DNA of 33,005 nucleotides from a virus, in the UHGV virus genome UHGV-0112485; one strand, given 5' to 3'. Shown here piece after piece: positions 1 through 8,239 of this stretch. Position numbers and translations under genes: made by a program. The notes under the pieces were generated by a model. That model was not told the DNA's origin, searched no databases, and saw only the letters and a program-made list of their open reading frames with translations. Within the stretch, counting starts at the first letter, position 1. Each line of letters opens with the position of its first letter.

Positions 1-8
1 CTAAAATT

Positions 9-53
9 TGGTGGCCCCTGTTGGGTTTGAACCAACGACCAAGCGATTATGAG
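9..53 (-). tRNA. Partial tRNA 3' fragment (anticodon loop CUCAUAA to CCA end), tRNA-Ile2/Met (CAU)-like. Probable attL core of the prophage.
   Basis: The reverse complement of 1-60 reads GTTCGGA-CTCATAATCGCTTGGTCGTTGGTTCAAACCCAACAGGGGCCACCA. It has a T-stem GTTGG/CCAAC with loop TTCAAAC, an acceptor 3' strand AGGGGCC, discriminator A and CCA. It is near-identical to the E. coli ileX/ileY 3' half as I remember it. The 5' half is absent, because positions 54-94 are AT-rich non-tRNA sequence. Phage 186 is known to integrate in a tRNA-Ile gene. Confidence 0.6.
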
Positions 54-94
54 TCCGAACTATATTCTAATAAAAACAAAGATATACAGTTAAA

Positions 95-1180
95 TCAAAC
101 GCATAGCATTTCGTATATTGTCGAAAAGTATTGCATAGTGCTGCGCTGTGCTGCCATTTTGCTGCCACTTATCAGGTTTAATGGGTTAAGTTGAACCGCT
201 TCTGTAAGGTGGTCAGGGGCGAAGTGAGCATAACGCATCGTGACTTTGATATCTGTATGCCCGAGGATGCGTTGTAAAACTAAAATATTGCCGCCGCCCA
301 TCATGAAATGGCTGGCAAAAGTATGCCGTAAAACATGCGAAAGCTGACCGTCAGGAAGTTCAATTCCCGCCCGTTTTACTGCGCTCCTGAATGCTGAGTA
401 ACATCCGGTAAAGAGCGGTTTAGAGGTTCGGCTTTTGGGTAGTAATTCATAAAGCTCGTCACTGATAGGAACAGCTCGGTTCCTCTTTCCTTTCGTTTTG
501 ATAAAAGTGATTTTTCCGGGGCTTATCTGCTTTCCAGTTAAACTTTCCGCCTCACCCCATCTTGCTCCGGTTGCAAGGCAGATTTTAACAATCATGGTTA
601 AATCCTCCGCCTTGCTTTTTTCACATTCTTCCAGCAAGCGAGCCGCTTCCTCAACTGTAAGCCAGGCCAGCTCAATTTCTGCGATCTTAAACTCTCTGAC
701 GTTTTCAAGAGGGTTGGGTGCTGTCCAGTCATCAAGTCTTTTCAGCTCGTTGAACATAGCCCGAAAGTAAGCTAGTTCAAGGTTAACCGTGCGAGGGGTG
801 ACAGCCTTAACGCGATCAGAGCGGGTTATTTTTCCGCTTAGTCGCTGTTCTCTATAAGTTGAGAACAGTTTGGCGTTGAATTCTGTAGCGAGGGGATCGC
901 CCATTGCGAGACAGGCAAACTCCATTGCGCCTTTACGCTTTTCACCATCAGCAAGCGTAACGCCATGTGCGTTATACCAAGCTGTAACCAAATCCCGAAC
1001 GCGGCGTTTATCAGTTTTCTCGCCCAGCCACGGCTTATCTTGAGCCTGATCTTTTATGTGGCGCTCAAATGCTAAAGCCTCCCCTTTGGTCGCGAACTGG
1101 CGACGGATGCGCTTTCCATCCCTACCGTTTGGGAAAACCTGAGCCTGCCACTTTCCGTTAGGTAGTTTTGAAACAGCCAT
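95..1180 (-). CDS. int: Tyrosine integrase (P2/186 Int family)
   Basis: A 361-aa ORF. The N-terminus MAVSKLPNGKW..GKRIRRQF resembles P2 Int. C-terminal catalytic motifs are present (ATGARWGE, HVLRHTFAS, LGHTDIKVTMRYAHFAP). Its start is 3 nt from the cI stop, as in P2/186. Confidence 0.9.
   Translation of the reverse strand: MAVSKLPNGKWQAQVFPNGRDGKRIRRQFATKGEALAFERHIKDQAQDKPWLGEKTDKRRVRDLVTAWYNAHGVTLADGEKRKGAMEFACLAMGDPLATEFNAKLFSTYREQRLSGKITRSDRVKAVTPRTVNLELAYFRAMFNELKRLDDWTAPNPLENVREFKIAEIELAWLTVEEAARLLEECEKSKAEDLTMIVKICLATGARWGEAESLTGKQISPGKITFIKTKGKRNRAVPISDELYELLPKSRTSKPLFTGCYSAFRSAVKRAGIELPDGQLSHVLRHTFASHFMMGGGNILVLQRILGHTDIKVTMRYAHFAPDHLTEAVQLNPLNLISGSKMAAQRSTMQYFSTIYEMLCV
141..169. 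repeat. Left copy of a 19-bp element, TGCTGCCAtttTGCTGCCA (two 8-mers at 11-bp spacing, plus a third degenerate TGCTGCGC). Candidate Int arm-type sites.
   Basis: An identical 19-mer recurs at 32929-32947 near the other prophage end. The internal direct 8-mer repeat has helical-turn spacing. This copy lies about 100 bp from the att core fragment, inside the int 3' coding region. Confidence 0.4.
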
Positions 1181-1183
1181 AAT

Positions 1184-1804
1184 TCACATGCTCTCTGTAC
1201 GAGTGATTATTTTCCCAAGGATTTTTATGTCATCAATTTTGCATTCGAAAGAGGCCTTGCCATTCTCAACTCGCACGCGTCCGCCAGGAAAGCGGTACAG
1301 CTCGCGGACGCTTACAATCCCATCAATTTCAATGAACCAGAACCCATCTACCAATTCGCCATCGTAACGGTCAGCAAGGTAGGTCGTTTTGTCAGCATTC
1401 AGGATGAACGGTGAATTCAAGCCCTCTGGAATTGTCGATGTATCAGCTATGACATCTTTTTGGGTTGAGATATTCCCATTCGTGATGTCCATGCGTTTTA
1501 AATAGGTGATATTTTCATCGTTGCCCCCAAGGAACCTGCTTCCTTCCCCTGTGCTAAGCCAAATTAGTGATGCTCCTGTTTCAAGATGACAAACGATCAC
1601 CCAGTCGGCTGGGAAGGTATCGCGTGCATACCTGTTAGCCATAGTACTTTGCGAGACGCCAAGCTGATGGCAGAGGGCTATGCGGGTAGTGAAACCATAA
1701 GCTTCCAGAATGCGAGCAATGACCTCTTTTCCGCCTCTATTTTGAGATATGAAATCTCGAATCAGCTTTACGTCATCTTTATTCGTTAAGTTTCGTGTTG
1801 ACAT
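1184..1804 (-). CDS. cI: CI-type immunity repressor (phage 186 CI-like)
   Basis: 206 aa. Its pattern EAYGF..ETGA.L.WL.TGEG...FECKIDDIKILG matches my recollection of 186 CI (192 aa), with an N-terminal HTH and a C-terminal oligomerisation domain. It is transcribed divergently from apl. Confidence 0.8.
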   Translation of the reverse strand: MSTRNLTNKDDVKLIRDFISQNRGGKEVIARILEAYGFTTRIALCHQLGVSQSTMANRYARDTFPADWVIVCHLETGASLIWLSTGEGSRFLGGNDENITYLKRMDITNGNISTQKDVIADTSTIPEGLNSPFILNADKTTYLADRYDGELVDGFWFIEIDGIVSVRELYRFPGGRVRVENGKASFECKIDDIKILGKIITRTESM

Positions 1805-1904
1805 GATTGTTTTGTGATCCTAATATCTCGATTCAAGATGTTGTGAATAGTGTTAAACAGGGCCTAATAGTGAGTTAGGCACCCAAACCGAGGAATAGTG
1901 CATC
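1805..1904. promoter_or_regulatory. Lysis/lysogeny switch region (pR rightward, with pL and operators expected to be face-to-face as in 186)
   Basis: A 100-bp intergenic region between divergent cI and apl. It has a candidate -35 TTGTGA (1840-1845), a -10-like TAATAG and an RBS GAGGAA before the apl ATG. Confidence 0.4.
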
Positions 1905-2141
1905 ATGAGTCGCCAATTATCAATGCGCCCTAGCATCAATCTTGTGGTGTCTGAACCATTCATTACCCTGGATGAGTTCTGCCGCCGTACCGGTTACAAA
2001 CTCAGCTACGCCCGCCAAATGATCCGTGAAGGTCGCCTTCCAATTCGTAAAAAGGAAGGGGTAAACAGCCTTATCGAAGTAAACATGTTTGCATTGACGA
2101 TGGAAGCGGCTCAAGGCTGCGAAATCGCAATGCAAGCCTGA
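1905..2141 (+). CDS. apl: Apl/Cox-like excisionase and transcriptional repressor
   Basis: 78 aa. It is the first gene of the rightward operon opposite cI, in the same position and of similar size as 186 Apl (87 aa). It has a good RBS. Confidence 0.65.
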   Translation: MSRQLSMRPSINLVVSEPFITLDEFCRRTGYKLSYARQMIREGRLPIRKKEGVNSLIEVNMFALTMEAAQGCEIAMQA

Positions 2142-2175
2142 TAGTTCCATTTTGGGATATAGAGAGGCCAAAAAC

Positions 2176-2685
2176 ATGTTTGATTTCAGGATTTCCAAAC
2201 ATCCGCATTTTGATGAAGCCTGCCGGGCTTTCGCGCTGCGTCACAACATGGCGAAACTGGCAGAACGCGCGGGAATGAATGTCCAGACACTGCGCAATAA
2301 GCTAAACCCTGACCAGCCGCACCAACTTACCGCACCGGATATCTGGCTGCTTACTGATCTGACCGAGGATTCAGCGTTGGTTGATGGTTTCCTGGCGCAG
2401 ATCCACTGCCTACCGTGCGTGCCGCTAAACGAAGTCGCGCGCGAAAAGATGCCGGAATATGTTCTAAAAGCTACGGCAGAAATCGGCCGCGTGGCTGCCG
2501 GCGCTGTTTCCGGCGAAGCGCACACAACGGCAGGGCGCCGCCAGATTGTTGATAGCATCAATTCAGTTACTCGACTGATGGCATTAACCGCAGTGACGTT
2601 GCAGGCGCGCCTGCAGGCAAGCCCGGCGATGGCCAGCACCATTGATACAGTTACTGGCCTGGGCGCCTCGTTTGGTTTGATCTGA
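2176..2685 (+). CDS. cII: CII lysogeny-establishment activator (186 CII-like)
   Basis: Starting at MFDFRISKHPHFDEACRAFALRHNMAKLAERAGMNVQTLRNKLNP gives 169 aa, the same length as 186 CII. It is near-identical to the 186 CII sequence as I recall it. The ORF track begins 8 codons earlier (2152). Confidence 0.8.
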   Translation: MFDFRISKHPHFDEACRAFALRHNMAKLAERAGMNVQTLRNKLNPDQPHQLTAPDIWLLTDLTEDSALVDGFLAQIHCLPCVPLNEVAREKMPEYVLKATAEIGRVAAGAVSGEAHTTAGRRQIVDSINSVTRLMALTAVTLQARLQASPAMASTIDTVTGLGASFGLI

Positions 2686-2686
2686 G

Positions 2687-2893
2687 GTGGCTATGTTGAA
2701 TAACCAACCATCAATCGCATCGCTTCTCGTTAAGCAAAGTCCATCACCGCATTTCGGGCATGGCTGGATCATGGGTAAAGATGGCAAGCGCTGGCACCCG
2801 TGCCGCTCGCAGGATGCGCTGCTGGCTGAACTGCGTACTAATAAACAGGGGAAACCATGGCTATTGAAGGCGATTCTGCGACTGTTCCACTAA
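2687..2893 (+). CDS. Hypothetical early protein (68 aa)
   Basis: Its ATG lies 2 nt after the cII stop, with a strong RBS GAGGTGG. It sits in the position of 186 fil/dhr-type small genes. Confidence 0.45.
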   Translation: MAMLNNQPSIASLLVKQSPSPHFGHGWIMGKDGKRWHPCRSQDALLAELRTNKQGKPWLLKAILRLFH

Positions 2894-3198
2894 GTCCGGG
2901 ACATCGGCTGGATGGCCTGAATCATATTGCAGAGCTAAGGGCGAAAGTGTTCGGCTTGAATATAGAACCTGAACTGGAGCGTTTTATTAGCGATATGCGG
3001 GACCAGCGAGATATTAACCATAAACAAAATGAGCGTGCCTTAGCCGCCATATTCTTTATGGCTAAGATTCCGGCGGATCGTCATAACGTCAATATGAATG
3101 AGCTGACGACTGACGAAAAGCGGGAGCTGATAAAAGCAATGAACCATTTTCGTGCAGTGGTGAGCTTATTTCCAAAGCGGCTAACCATGCCGAATTAA
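2857..3198 (+). CDS. Hypothetical early protein (113 aa)
   Basis: An ORF overlapping the previous one by 37 nt with a weak RBS. Its amino-acid composition is plausible. Confidence 0.4.
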   Translation: MAIEGDSATVPLSPGHRLDGLNHIAELRAKVFGLNIEPELERFISDMRDQRDINHKQNERALAAIFFMAKIPADRHNVNMNELTTDEKRELIKAMNHFRAVVSLFPKRLTMPN

Positions 3199-3265
3199 CC
3201 AGTAATAGAAATTAATGGCGTAAACCCGCCGGGCATTCTTTTGCCAAAATTCAGGAGAGTCAACA

Positions 3266-3499
3266 ATGCGAAATATCGAAACTCGTTCCAACAAAATCGG
3301 CCCGGATGATGCAGGTCTTAACCAGATGCTGACAGAGGCCCGCATGGAAGAACGCCGAGCACGTGCTGCGGCAATGGCTGCCCGCCTTGATAGCCTGGCG
3401 TGTCACATCACATCGCGCCAGCTTAATCACGTGGAGGCAGCGGATCTGCTGCGCGTTGCTGCGGAAAACATCCAGAACGAAGCGCAGGAGATCCACTGA
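3266..3499 (+). CDS. Hypothetical early protein (77 aa)
   Basis: RBS CAGGAGAG 6 nt upstream. Its stop overlaps the next start (TGATG). Confidence 0.55.
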   Translation: MRNIETRSNKIGPDDAGLNQMLTEARMEERRARAAAMAARLDSLACHITSRQLNHVEAADLLRVAAENIQNEAQEIH

Positions 3500-3726
3500 T
3501 GGCTGATTCTATGGACCTCGTACAGCAGCGCGTTGAAGAAGAACGCCAGAGGCACATCCACACCGCCCGCAGTAAAGCGCCGGGCGTTTCCCGTGTCTTG
3601 TGCATTGACTGCGACGCACCAATACCGCCAGCCCGCCGCCGCGCTATTCCTGGCGTGCAGTGCTGCATCACCTGTCAGGAAATCGCAGAGCTGAAAGGCA
3701 AACACTACAATGGGGGTGCTGTATGA
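3499..3726 (+). CDS. TraR/DksA-family C4 zinc-finger protein
   Basis: 75 aa with CIDC-x-D...CCITC, a C-x2-C...C-x2-C arrangement. This is the phage/conjugative TraR-like family. Translationally coupled to both neighbours. Confidence 0.7.
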   Translation: MADSMDLVQQRVEEERQRHIHTARSKAPGVSRVLCIDCDAPIPPARRRAIPGVQCCITCQEIAELKGKHYNGGAV

Positions 3727-4610
3727 GCACCATCCTGAAATGGGCGGGCAATAAGACCGCCGTCATGCATGAGCTGAAAAAGCATCTGCCTGCAGGCCTG
3801 CGACTGGTTGAACCTTTCGCGGGTTCCTGCGCTGTGATGATGGCGACAGAGTATCCTCATTATCTTGTCGCGGATATTAATTCAGACCTGATTAATCTTT
3901 ATAAGCAGATTGCATTTAACTGCGAGAAATTTATTACTAACGCTAAAGGGTTCTTTGCCAGCACTAATAGCGAAACCTCTTATTACAATATTCGTCAGGA
4001 TTTTAATCATTCATCTGAAACTACTGATTTCTGGAAAGCTGTATTTTTCCTTTATCTTAATCGCCACTGTTATCGTGGATTGTGCCGTTATAACAGGAAA
4101 GGTGAGTTTAACGTTCCATATGGGAATTATAAAAAACCATATTTCCCGGAAGACGAAATCAGAGCATTTGCAGAGAAAGCAAAACGCGCCACCTTCATTT
4201 GTGCCAGCTATGAGGAAACTTTAGCGATGGTCAAAGTAGGTGATGTGATTTATTGCGACCCACCTTATGACGGAACATTTACCGATTATCACACAGATGG
4301 TTTCAATGAGCTTGAACAGCGTCGCCTGGCGACGACTCTTGATGTACTGGCATCAGCAGGCCATCAGGTTGTTGTGTCGAACAGTGAAACCGAGCTGACG
4401 AACGCGATTTACCAGAATTTTGCCAGCCACCGCATTAACGCAAAACGCAGTATGGGCGTTGCCGGTGGTGATGGTAAGTCTGCAACTGAAATTATCGCTG
4501 TTTCTCAACCTCTGATCTGGTCCGGGTTTGATCTGGCAGCGTATCCAGTCGTGAGTGCGTCTTACGAAACTTTCCAAAGAGAGTATTTGTGTGAGCCATC
4601 ACGACGTTAA
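3723..4610 (+). CDS. dam: DNA adenine methyltransferase (Dam / D12 class N6-A MTase)
   Basis: The N-terminus ILKWAGNK is the AdoMet motif and the DPPY catalytic motif is present. I chose the ATG at 3723, which overlaps the TraR stop as ATGA. The ORF track's 3660 start is an upstream extension. Confidence 0.8.
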   Translation: MSTILKWAGNKTAVMHELKKHLPAGLRLVEPFAGSCAVMMATEYPHYLVADINSDLINLYKQIAFNCEKFITNAKGFFASTNSETSYYNIRQDFNHSSETTDFWKAVFFLYLNRHCYRGLCRYNRKGEFNVPYGNYKKPYFPEDEIRAFAEKAKRATFICASYEETLAMVKVGDVIYCDPPYDGTFTDYHTDGFNELEQRRLATTLDVLASAGHQVVVSNSETELTNAIYQNFASHRINAKRSMGVAGGDGKSATEIIAVSQPLIWSGFDLAAYPVVSASYETFQREYLCEPSRR

Positions 4611-6996
4611 AAACTACGGCGGTGCAGATGATGCCGCCGCTGCTTTTGTCTGGAATGCCCCGAAAAAAGCGGTTAACCCGTATGTGGACCCGGCGGAAGT
4701 TGCGCCGGTGTCTGCGCTTTCAAACCTGATCGCTCTCTACGCCAGCGACAACGAGCAGGAGCAGCTGCGCCGTGAGGCGATGAGCGATGAGGTCTGGGAA
4801 CGCTATTTCTACAATGAAGCCCGTGATCCTGTTCAGCGGGAAATGGAGCAGGACCGGCTGATCAGCCGTGCCAAAATGGCCCGCGAGCAGCAGCGGTTTA
4901 ATCCCGATCTGGTGATTCTGGCAGACGTAAGCGCTGAACCATCACATATCAGCAAGCCACTGCTTGAGCGCATTAAATATTTCGAGGGCCTGGGAAAGCC
5001 AAAGGCATATTCCCGCTATCTACGTGAAACCATCAGGCCGTGCCTTGAACGCCTGGAGCGCGTGCGTGCAAGCCAGGTTTCTGCGTCATTCCGGTTTATG
5101 GCGAGCCACGACGGGCTGGAGGGCCTGCTGGTTCTGCCGGAAATGAACCAGGATCAGGTTAAGCGGTTATCTACCCTGGTGGCGGCACACATGAGCATGT
5201 GTCTGGATGCTGCCTGCGGTGAGCTGCTTGCGGATGAAGACGTTACGCCGGAAGAAATCCGCCGGTCATGGGAAAGGGTGGCCGCTGAGGCCATGCGCCT
5301 TGATGTTATCCCGCCTGCCTTCGAGCGGCTGCGCCGTAAAAAGCACCGCCGTAACCCGGTACCATACGAACTTATTCCGGGTTCGCTTGCCCGTATGCTC
5401 TGTGCTGACTGGTGGTATCGCAAGCTGTGGCAGATGCGGTGTGAATGGCGGGAAGAACAGCTGCGCGCCGTCTGCCTGGTTAACAAAAAGGCGTCCCCGT
5501 ATGTCAGCTATGAGGCCGTGATCCATAAACGCGAACAGCGCCGCAAATCGCTGGAGTTCTTCCGCTCGCATGAGCTGACCAATGAGCATGGCGATACGCT
5601 GGATATGGAAGACGTGGTAAACGCCAGTAGCAGCAATCCGGCGCACCGTCGTAATGAAATGATGGCCTGCGTTAAGGGGCTGGAGTTAATCGCGGAAATG
5701 AGGGGTGACTGCGCGGTGTTCTATACCATCACCTGCCCGTCGCGCTTCCATGCCACCCTCAACAACGGCAGACCTAATCCGAAGTGGACAAGCGGCACAG
5801 TCCGGCAGAGCAGTGACTATCTGGTGCATACGTTCGCCGCTTTCCGCAAGGCGATGCACAAAGCGGGGCTGCGCTGGTATGGCGTCCGCGTTGCTGAGCC
5901 ACACCATGACGGCACCGTGCACTGGCACCTGCTGTGCTTCATGCGCAAAAAAGACCGCAAATCCATCACCGCGCTGCTGCGTAAATTTGCCATCCGTGAG
6001 GACCGCGAGGAGCTGGGCAACAATACCGGCCCGCGATTTAAGTCTGAGCTGATCAACCCGCGCAAGGGTACGCCTACCAGCTACATCGCGAAGTACATCA
6101 GTAAGAACATCGACGGGCGTGGCCTGGCTAACGAAATCAGCAAAGAAACCGGCAGATCACTGCGGGACAATGCCGAACATGTCAATGCCTGGGCTTCGCT
6201 GCATCGAGTCCAGCAATTCCGCTTTTTCGGTATACCGGGCCGCCAGGCTTATCGCGAGCTGCGTTTGCTGGCAGGCCAGGCCGCGCGGCAGCAGGCCGAT
6301 AAAAAAGCAGGTGCGCCGGTACTGGATAACCCGCGTCTGGATGCCGTGCTGGCGGCAGCCGATGCCGGGTGTTTTGCCACCTACATCATGAAACAGGGCG
6401 GCGTACTGGTTCCGCGTAAACATCACCTGGTCCGCACGGCTTATGAACTCAATGACGAGCCATCAGCCTATGGCGATCACGGCATCCGTATTTATGGCAT
6501 CTGGTCCCCGATTGTTGAGGGCCGGATTTGCACGCATGCGATGAAGTGGAAAATGGTTCGTAAGGCCGTTGACGTTCAGGAGGCGCCAGCCGACCAGGGC
6601 GCTTGCGCCCCTTGGACTCGTGGCAATAACTGTCCCCCTGTGGAAAAAATGAACGAAAACGGGGCCGTAAGCGGACAGGATTTAACGGATGTTGCGGGTA
6701 TGGATGAGCGGGAGCTGCAGGAATATCTCCATAGCATGAGCAAAAAGGAGCTGAGGGAGCTAAACGCACGGCTTCGCATGGTTAAGCCTAAGCGCCGGAA
6801 AGGATACAGGCAGGATGTGGATAATCAGCAGCGCCTGCAGCTGGAGTATGAACTTAAATCGAGAGGCTTTGATGGTTCGGAGGCGGAGATCGATCTGCTT
6901 CTGCGCGGTGGCAGTATTCCATCCGGTGCCGGTCTGCGTGTCTTTTACCGGAACCAAAGGCTGCAGGAAGATGATAAATGGCGCCAGTGGTACTGA
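4591..6996 (+). CDS. A: Replication initiation protein A (rolling-circle nickase, P2 gpA family)
   Basis: About 800 aa. The N-terminal [10 protein letters not shown] motif resembles the P2 A N-terminus, and Tyr-rich nickase motifs are present. GTG 4591 is preferred as the start (RBS AAGAGAG 7 nt upstream). GTG 4555 is the alternative. Confidence 0.8.
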   Translation: MSHHDVKNYGGADDAAAAFVWNAPKKAVNPYVDPAEVAPVSALSNLIALYASDNEQEQLRREAMSDEVWERYFYNEARDPVQREMEQDRLISRAKMAREQQRFNPDLVILADVSAEPSHISKPLLERIKYFEGLGKPKAYSRYLRETIRPCLERLERVRASQVSASFRFMASHDGLEGLLVLPEMNQDQVKRLSTLVAAHMSMCLDAACGELLADEDVTPEEIRRSWERVAAEAMRLDVIPPAFERLRRKKHRRNPVPYELIPGSLARMLCADWWYRKLWQMRCEWREEQLRAVCLVNKKASPYVSYEAVIHKREQRRKSLEFFRSHELTNEHGDTLDMEDVVNASSSNPAHRRNEMMACVKGLELIAEMRGDCAVFYTITCPSRFHATLNNGRPNPKWTSGTVRQSSDYLVHTFAAFRKAMHKAGLRWYGVRVAEPHHDGTVHWHLLCFMRKKDRKSITALLRKFAIREDREELGNNTGPRFKSELINPRKGTPTSYIAKYISKNIDGRGLANEISKETGRSLRDNAEHVNAWASLHRVQQFRFFGIPGRQAYRELRLLAGQAARQQADKKAGAPVLDNPRLDAVLAAADAGCFATYIMKQGGVLVPRKHHLVRTAYELNDEPSAYGDHGIRIYGIWSPIVEGRICTHAMKWKMVRKAVDVQEAPADQGACAPWTRGNNCPPVEKMNENGAVSGQDLTDVAGMDERELQEYLHSMSKKELRELNARLRMVKPKRRKGYRQDVDNQQRLQLEYELKSRGFDGSEAEIDLLLRGGSIPSGAGLRVFYRNQRLQEDDKWRQWY

Positions 6997-7088
6997 TGAA
7001 GGGGGCGCATTTTCTGCTTTATCATCCTACATCGGACACATCTGATTGAATGATAAAAACTAATTTACATCGAGAAAATCATATTATA

Positions 7089-7121
7089 CTGTATGGATAT
7101 CCAGTGGACGTATATACAGTA
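7089..7121. promoter_or_regulatory. Tandem LexA (SOS) boxes overlapping a sigma70 -10 (TATACT 7085-7090). Equivalent to the SOS-controlled 186 p95/tum promoter.
   Basis: Box 1, taCTGTATGGATATCCAGtg (7089-7104), fits CTG-N10-CAG and matches the 20-mer consensus at 16/20. Box 2, 7102-7121 cagtggacgtatatACAGTA, matches at 14/20 with a good right half. The -35 candidate is TTTACA (7064-7069). Confidence 0.6.
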
Positions 7122-7182
7122 TGGCAATATCCCTTTGAGGGTATATGGCAACGGATATCCCGTAGTGAGGATAGGAGGGGAA

Positions 7183-7371
7183 ATGCAGGACTATCTTTTG
7201 GAGTCGTTAAAACTCCAGCGTATTGATTTTTTTATCAAGCTTGTAGCGGCTAGTGAGTGCAGCGATGAAGAGAAGCGACTTGCTATCCAGTGGGTTTCTG
7301 AGCTGACTGATGAATTAATGGCGAAAATTCGTAGCCATGAGTACAGCCGGTCAATGGATGTTTCCAGTTAG
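7183..7371 (+). CDS. Small SOS-inducible protein, candidate Tum antirepressor N-terminal part
   Basis: 62 aa beginning at the ATG with a strong SD (AGGAGGGGAA-ATG). The ORF track's 7093 start lies inside the LexA boxes. It sits directly downstream of the LexA-controlled promoter. Confidence 0.45.
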   Translation: MQDYLLESLKLQRIDFFIKLVAASECSDEEKRLAIQWVSELTDELMAKIRSHEYSRSMDVSS

Positions 7372-7384
7372 GGGGATGAGCTCC

Positions 7385-7618
7385 ATGCGTGTCGAAATAA
7401 TGATTGATAAAGAGCAGAAAATTAGCCAGGCGACACTGGAAGCACTCGAAACCGAGCTTTACCGCAACCTGATCCCTTTATATCCCAAGATGGCGATCCG
7501 CATTCGCAAAGGCAGTGCCAACGGTATCGAGTTGACCGGCTTAAAACTTGATGAGGATAAGCAGCGGGTAATGGAAATTATGCAGCAGGTATGGGAAGAC
7601 GACAGCTGGCTGCATTAA
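7385..7618 (+). CDS. DinI-family protein (Tum C-terminal-like)
   Basis: MRVEIMIDKEQKIS...DEDKQRVMEIMQQVWEDDSW aligns with E. coli DinI as I recall it (MRIEVTIAKT...KEDKQRISEILQETWES). It is in a different frame from the preceding ORF. The 186 Tum C-terminal domain is DinI-like. Confidence 0.65.
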   Translation: MRVEIMIDKEQKISQATLEALETELYRNLIPLYPKMAIRIRKGSANGIELTGLKLDEDKQRVMEIMQQVWEDDSWLH

Positions 7619-7693
7619 CAAAACGTTGCAGGCGATAAAACTGGTTTTTACCGCCTGCAAGGTTGAACAACGAGCAAGGCGAGGCGTTAGGCT

Positions 7694-7951
7694 ATGGGGT
7701 CTAAAGACAGTAATTATCAGGTTATTTATCGCTATGAGCCGCTGCCGAAGTTTGTTTCGGGTGGTTGGGTGCTTTTTCAGCGCCCAAAATCCTGCGGCGG
7801 CGGGTTCTGGCTGGGTAAAACCTATGATGGTGTTTTTATGCTTGAACTTGTTCGCCCGGTTCCCTTGGATGAGGGCATTAAGTACATCATCCTTTCATCG
7901 CGAGTAGCTGAAAACTTTATGGATTTTGACGAGGATTTCAGGCTAACCTGA
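7694..7951 (+). CDS. Hypothetical protein (85 aa)
   Basis: A clean ORF between the tum module and cos, followed by a terminator. Weak RBS. Confidence 0.35.
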   Translation: MGSKDSNYQVIYRYEPLPKFVSGGWVLFQRPKSCGGGFWLGKTYDGVFMLELVRPVPLDEGIKYIILSSRVAENFMDFDEDFRLT

Positions 7952-8018
7952 AAAAAAAGAGAGTGCATGACTATGCCGCATGAATCTGCATGATCGTTTG
8001 AGGATCGTTTTAGCTTCG

Positions 8019-8043
8019 GCCCGCCAGTTCTGGCGGGCTTTTT
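8019..8043 (+). terminator. Rho-independent terminator
   Basis: GCCCGCCAG-tt-CTGGCGGGC stem followed by TTTTT. Confidence 0.55.
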
Positions 8044-8087
8044 CATATCTCATGCAGGTGCATGAAAACCACTACACAAAGCGGGCA

Positions 8088-8106
8088 GGCGTGGCGGGGA
8101 TACGAG
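8088..8106. other. Candidate cos (cohesive end) site
   Basis: GGCGTGGCGGGGATACGAG. Its first 13 nt match the 19-nt cohesive ends of 186 and P2 (GGCG(T/A)GGCGGGGAAAGCA-) as I recall them. Its position between the A/tum region and the Q-P packaging genes is as expected. Confidence 0.45.
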
Positions 8107-8188
8107 CGCGCGCTAGCTGGTTTGATAGCGAAACGCTGTTTGGTTGTTCTAATTGTCGAGGGTTATGTCACGTTGTACAGAAGGGGTT

Positions 8189-8216
8189 TTGACTTGGTGA
8201 ACAGTTGCAGTATCAT
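8189..8216 (+). promoter_or_regulatory. Sigma70 promoter for the cargo operon
   Basis: -35 TTGACT (8189-8194), a 16-nt spacer and -10 TATCAT (8211-8216). RBS AAGGAT lies before ATG 8240. Confidence 0.45.
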
Positions 8217-8239
8217 AAAAAGAAAAAAGGATATTTCCT

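Noticed and set aside
1-94. Possibility of a complete tRNA gene at the window start
   Set aside because: Only the 3' ~45 nt are tRNA-like. The expected 5' half (positions 54-90 on the minus strand) is AT-rich and cannot form D or anticodon stems. It is therefore an att fragment, not a functional gene.
498-770. 90-aa + strand ORF inside int
   Set aside because: Antisense to the well-supported integrase gene.
3660-3722. Upstream extension of the dam ORF
   Set aside because: It overlaps the TraR-like gene. The ATG at 3723 starts at the conserved KWAGNK AdoMet motif and has ATGA coupling.
7626-7907. 93-aa ORF overlapping the 7694-7951 ORF in another frame
   Set aside because: Arg/Cys/Phe-rich composition typical of an off-frame translation. 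The overlapping 85-aa ORF looks more protein-like.
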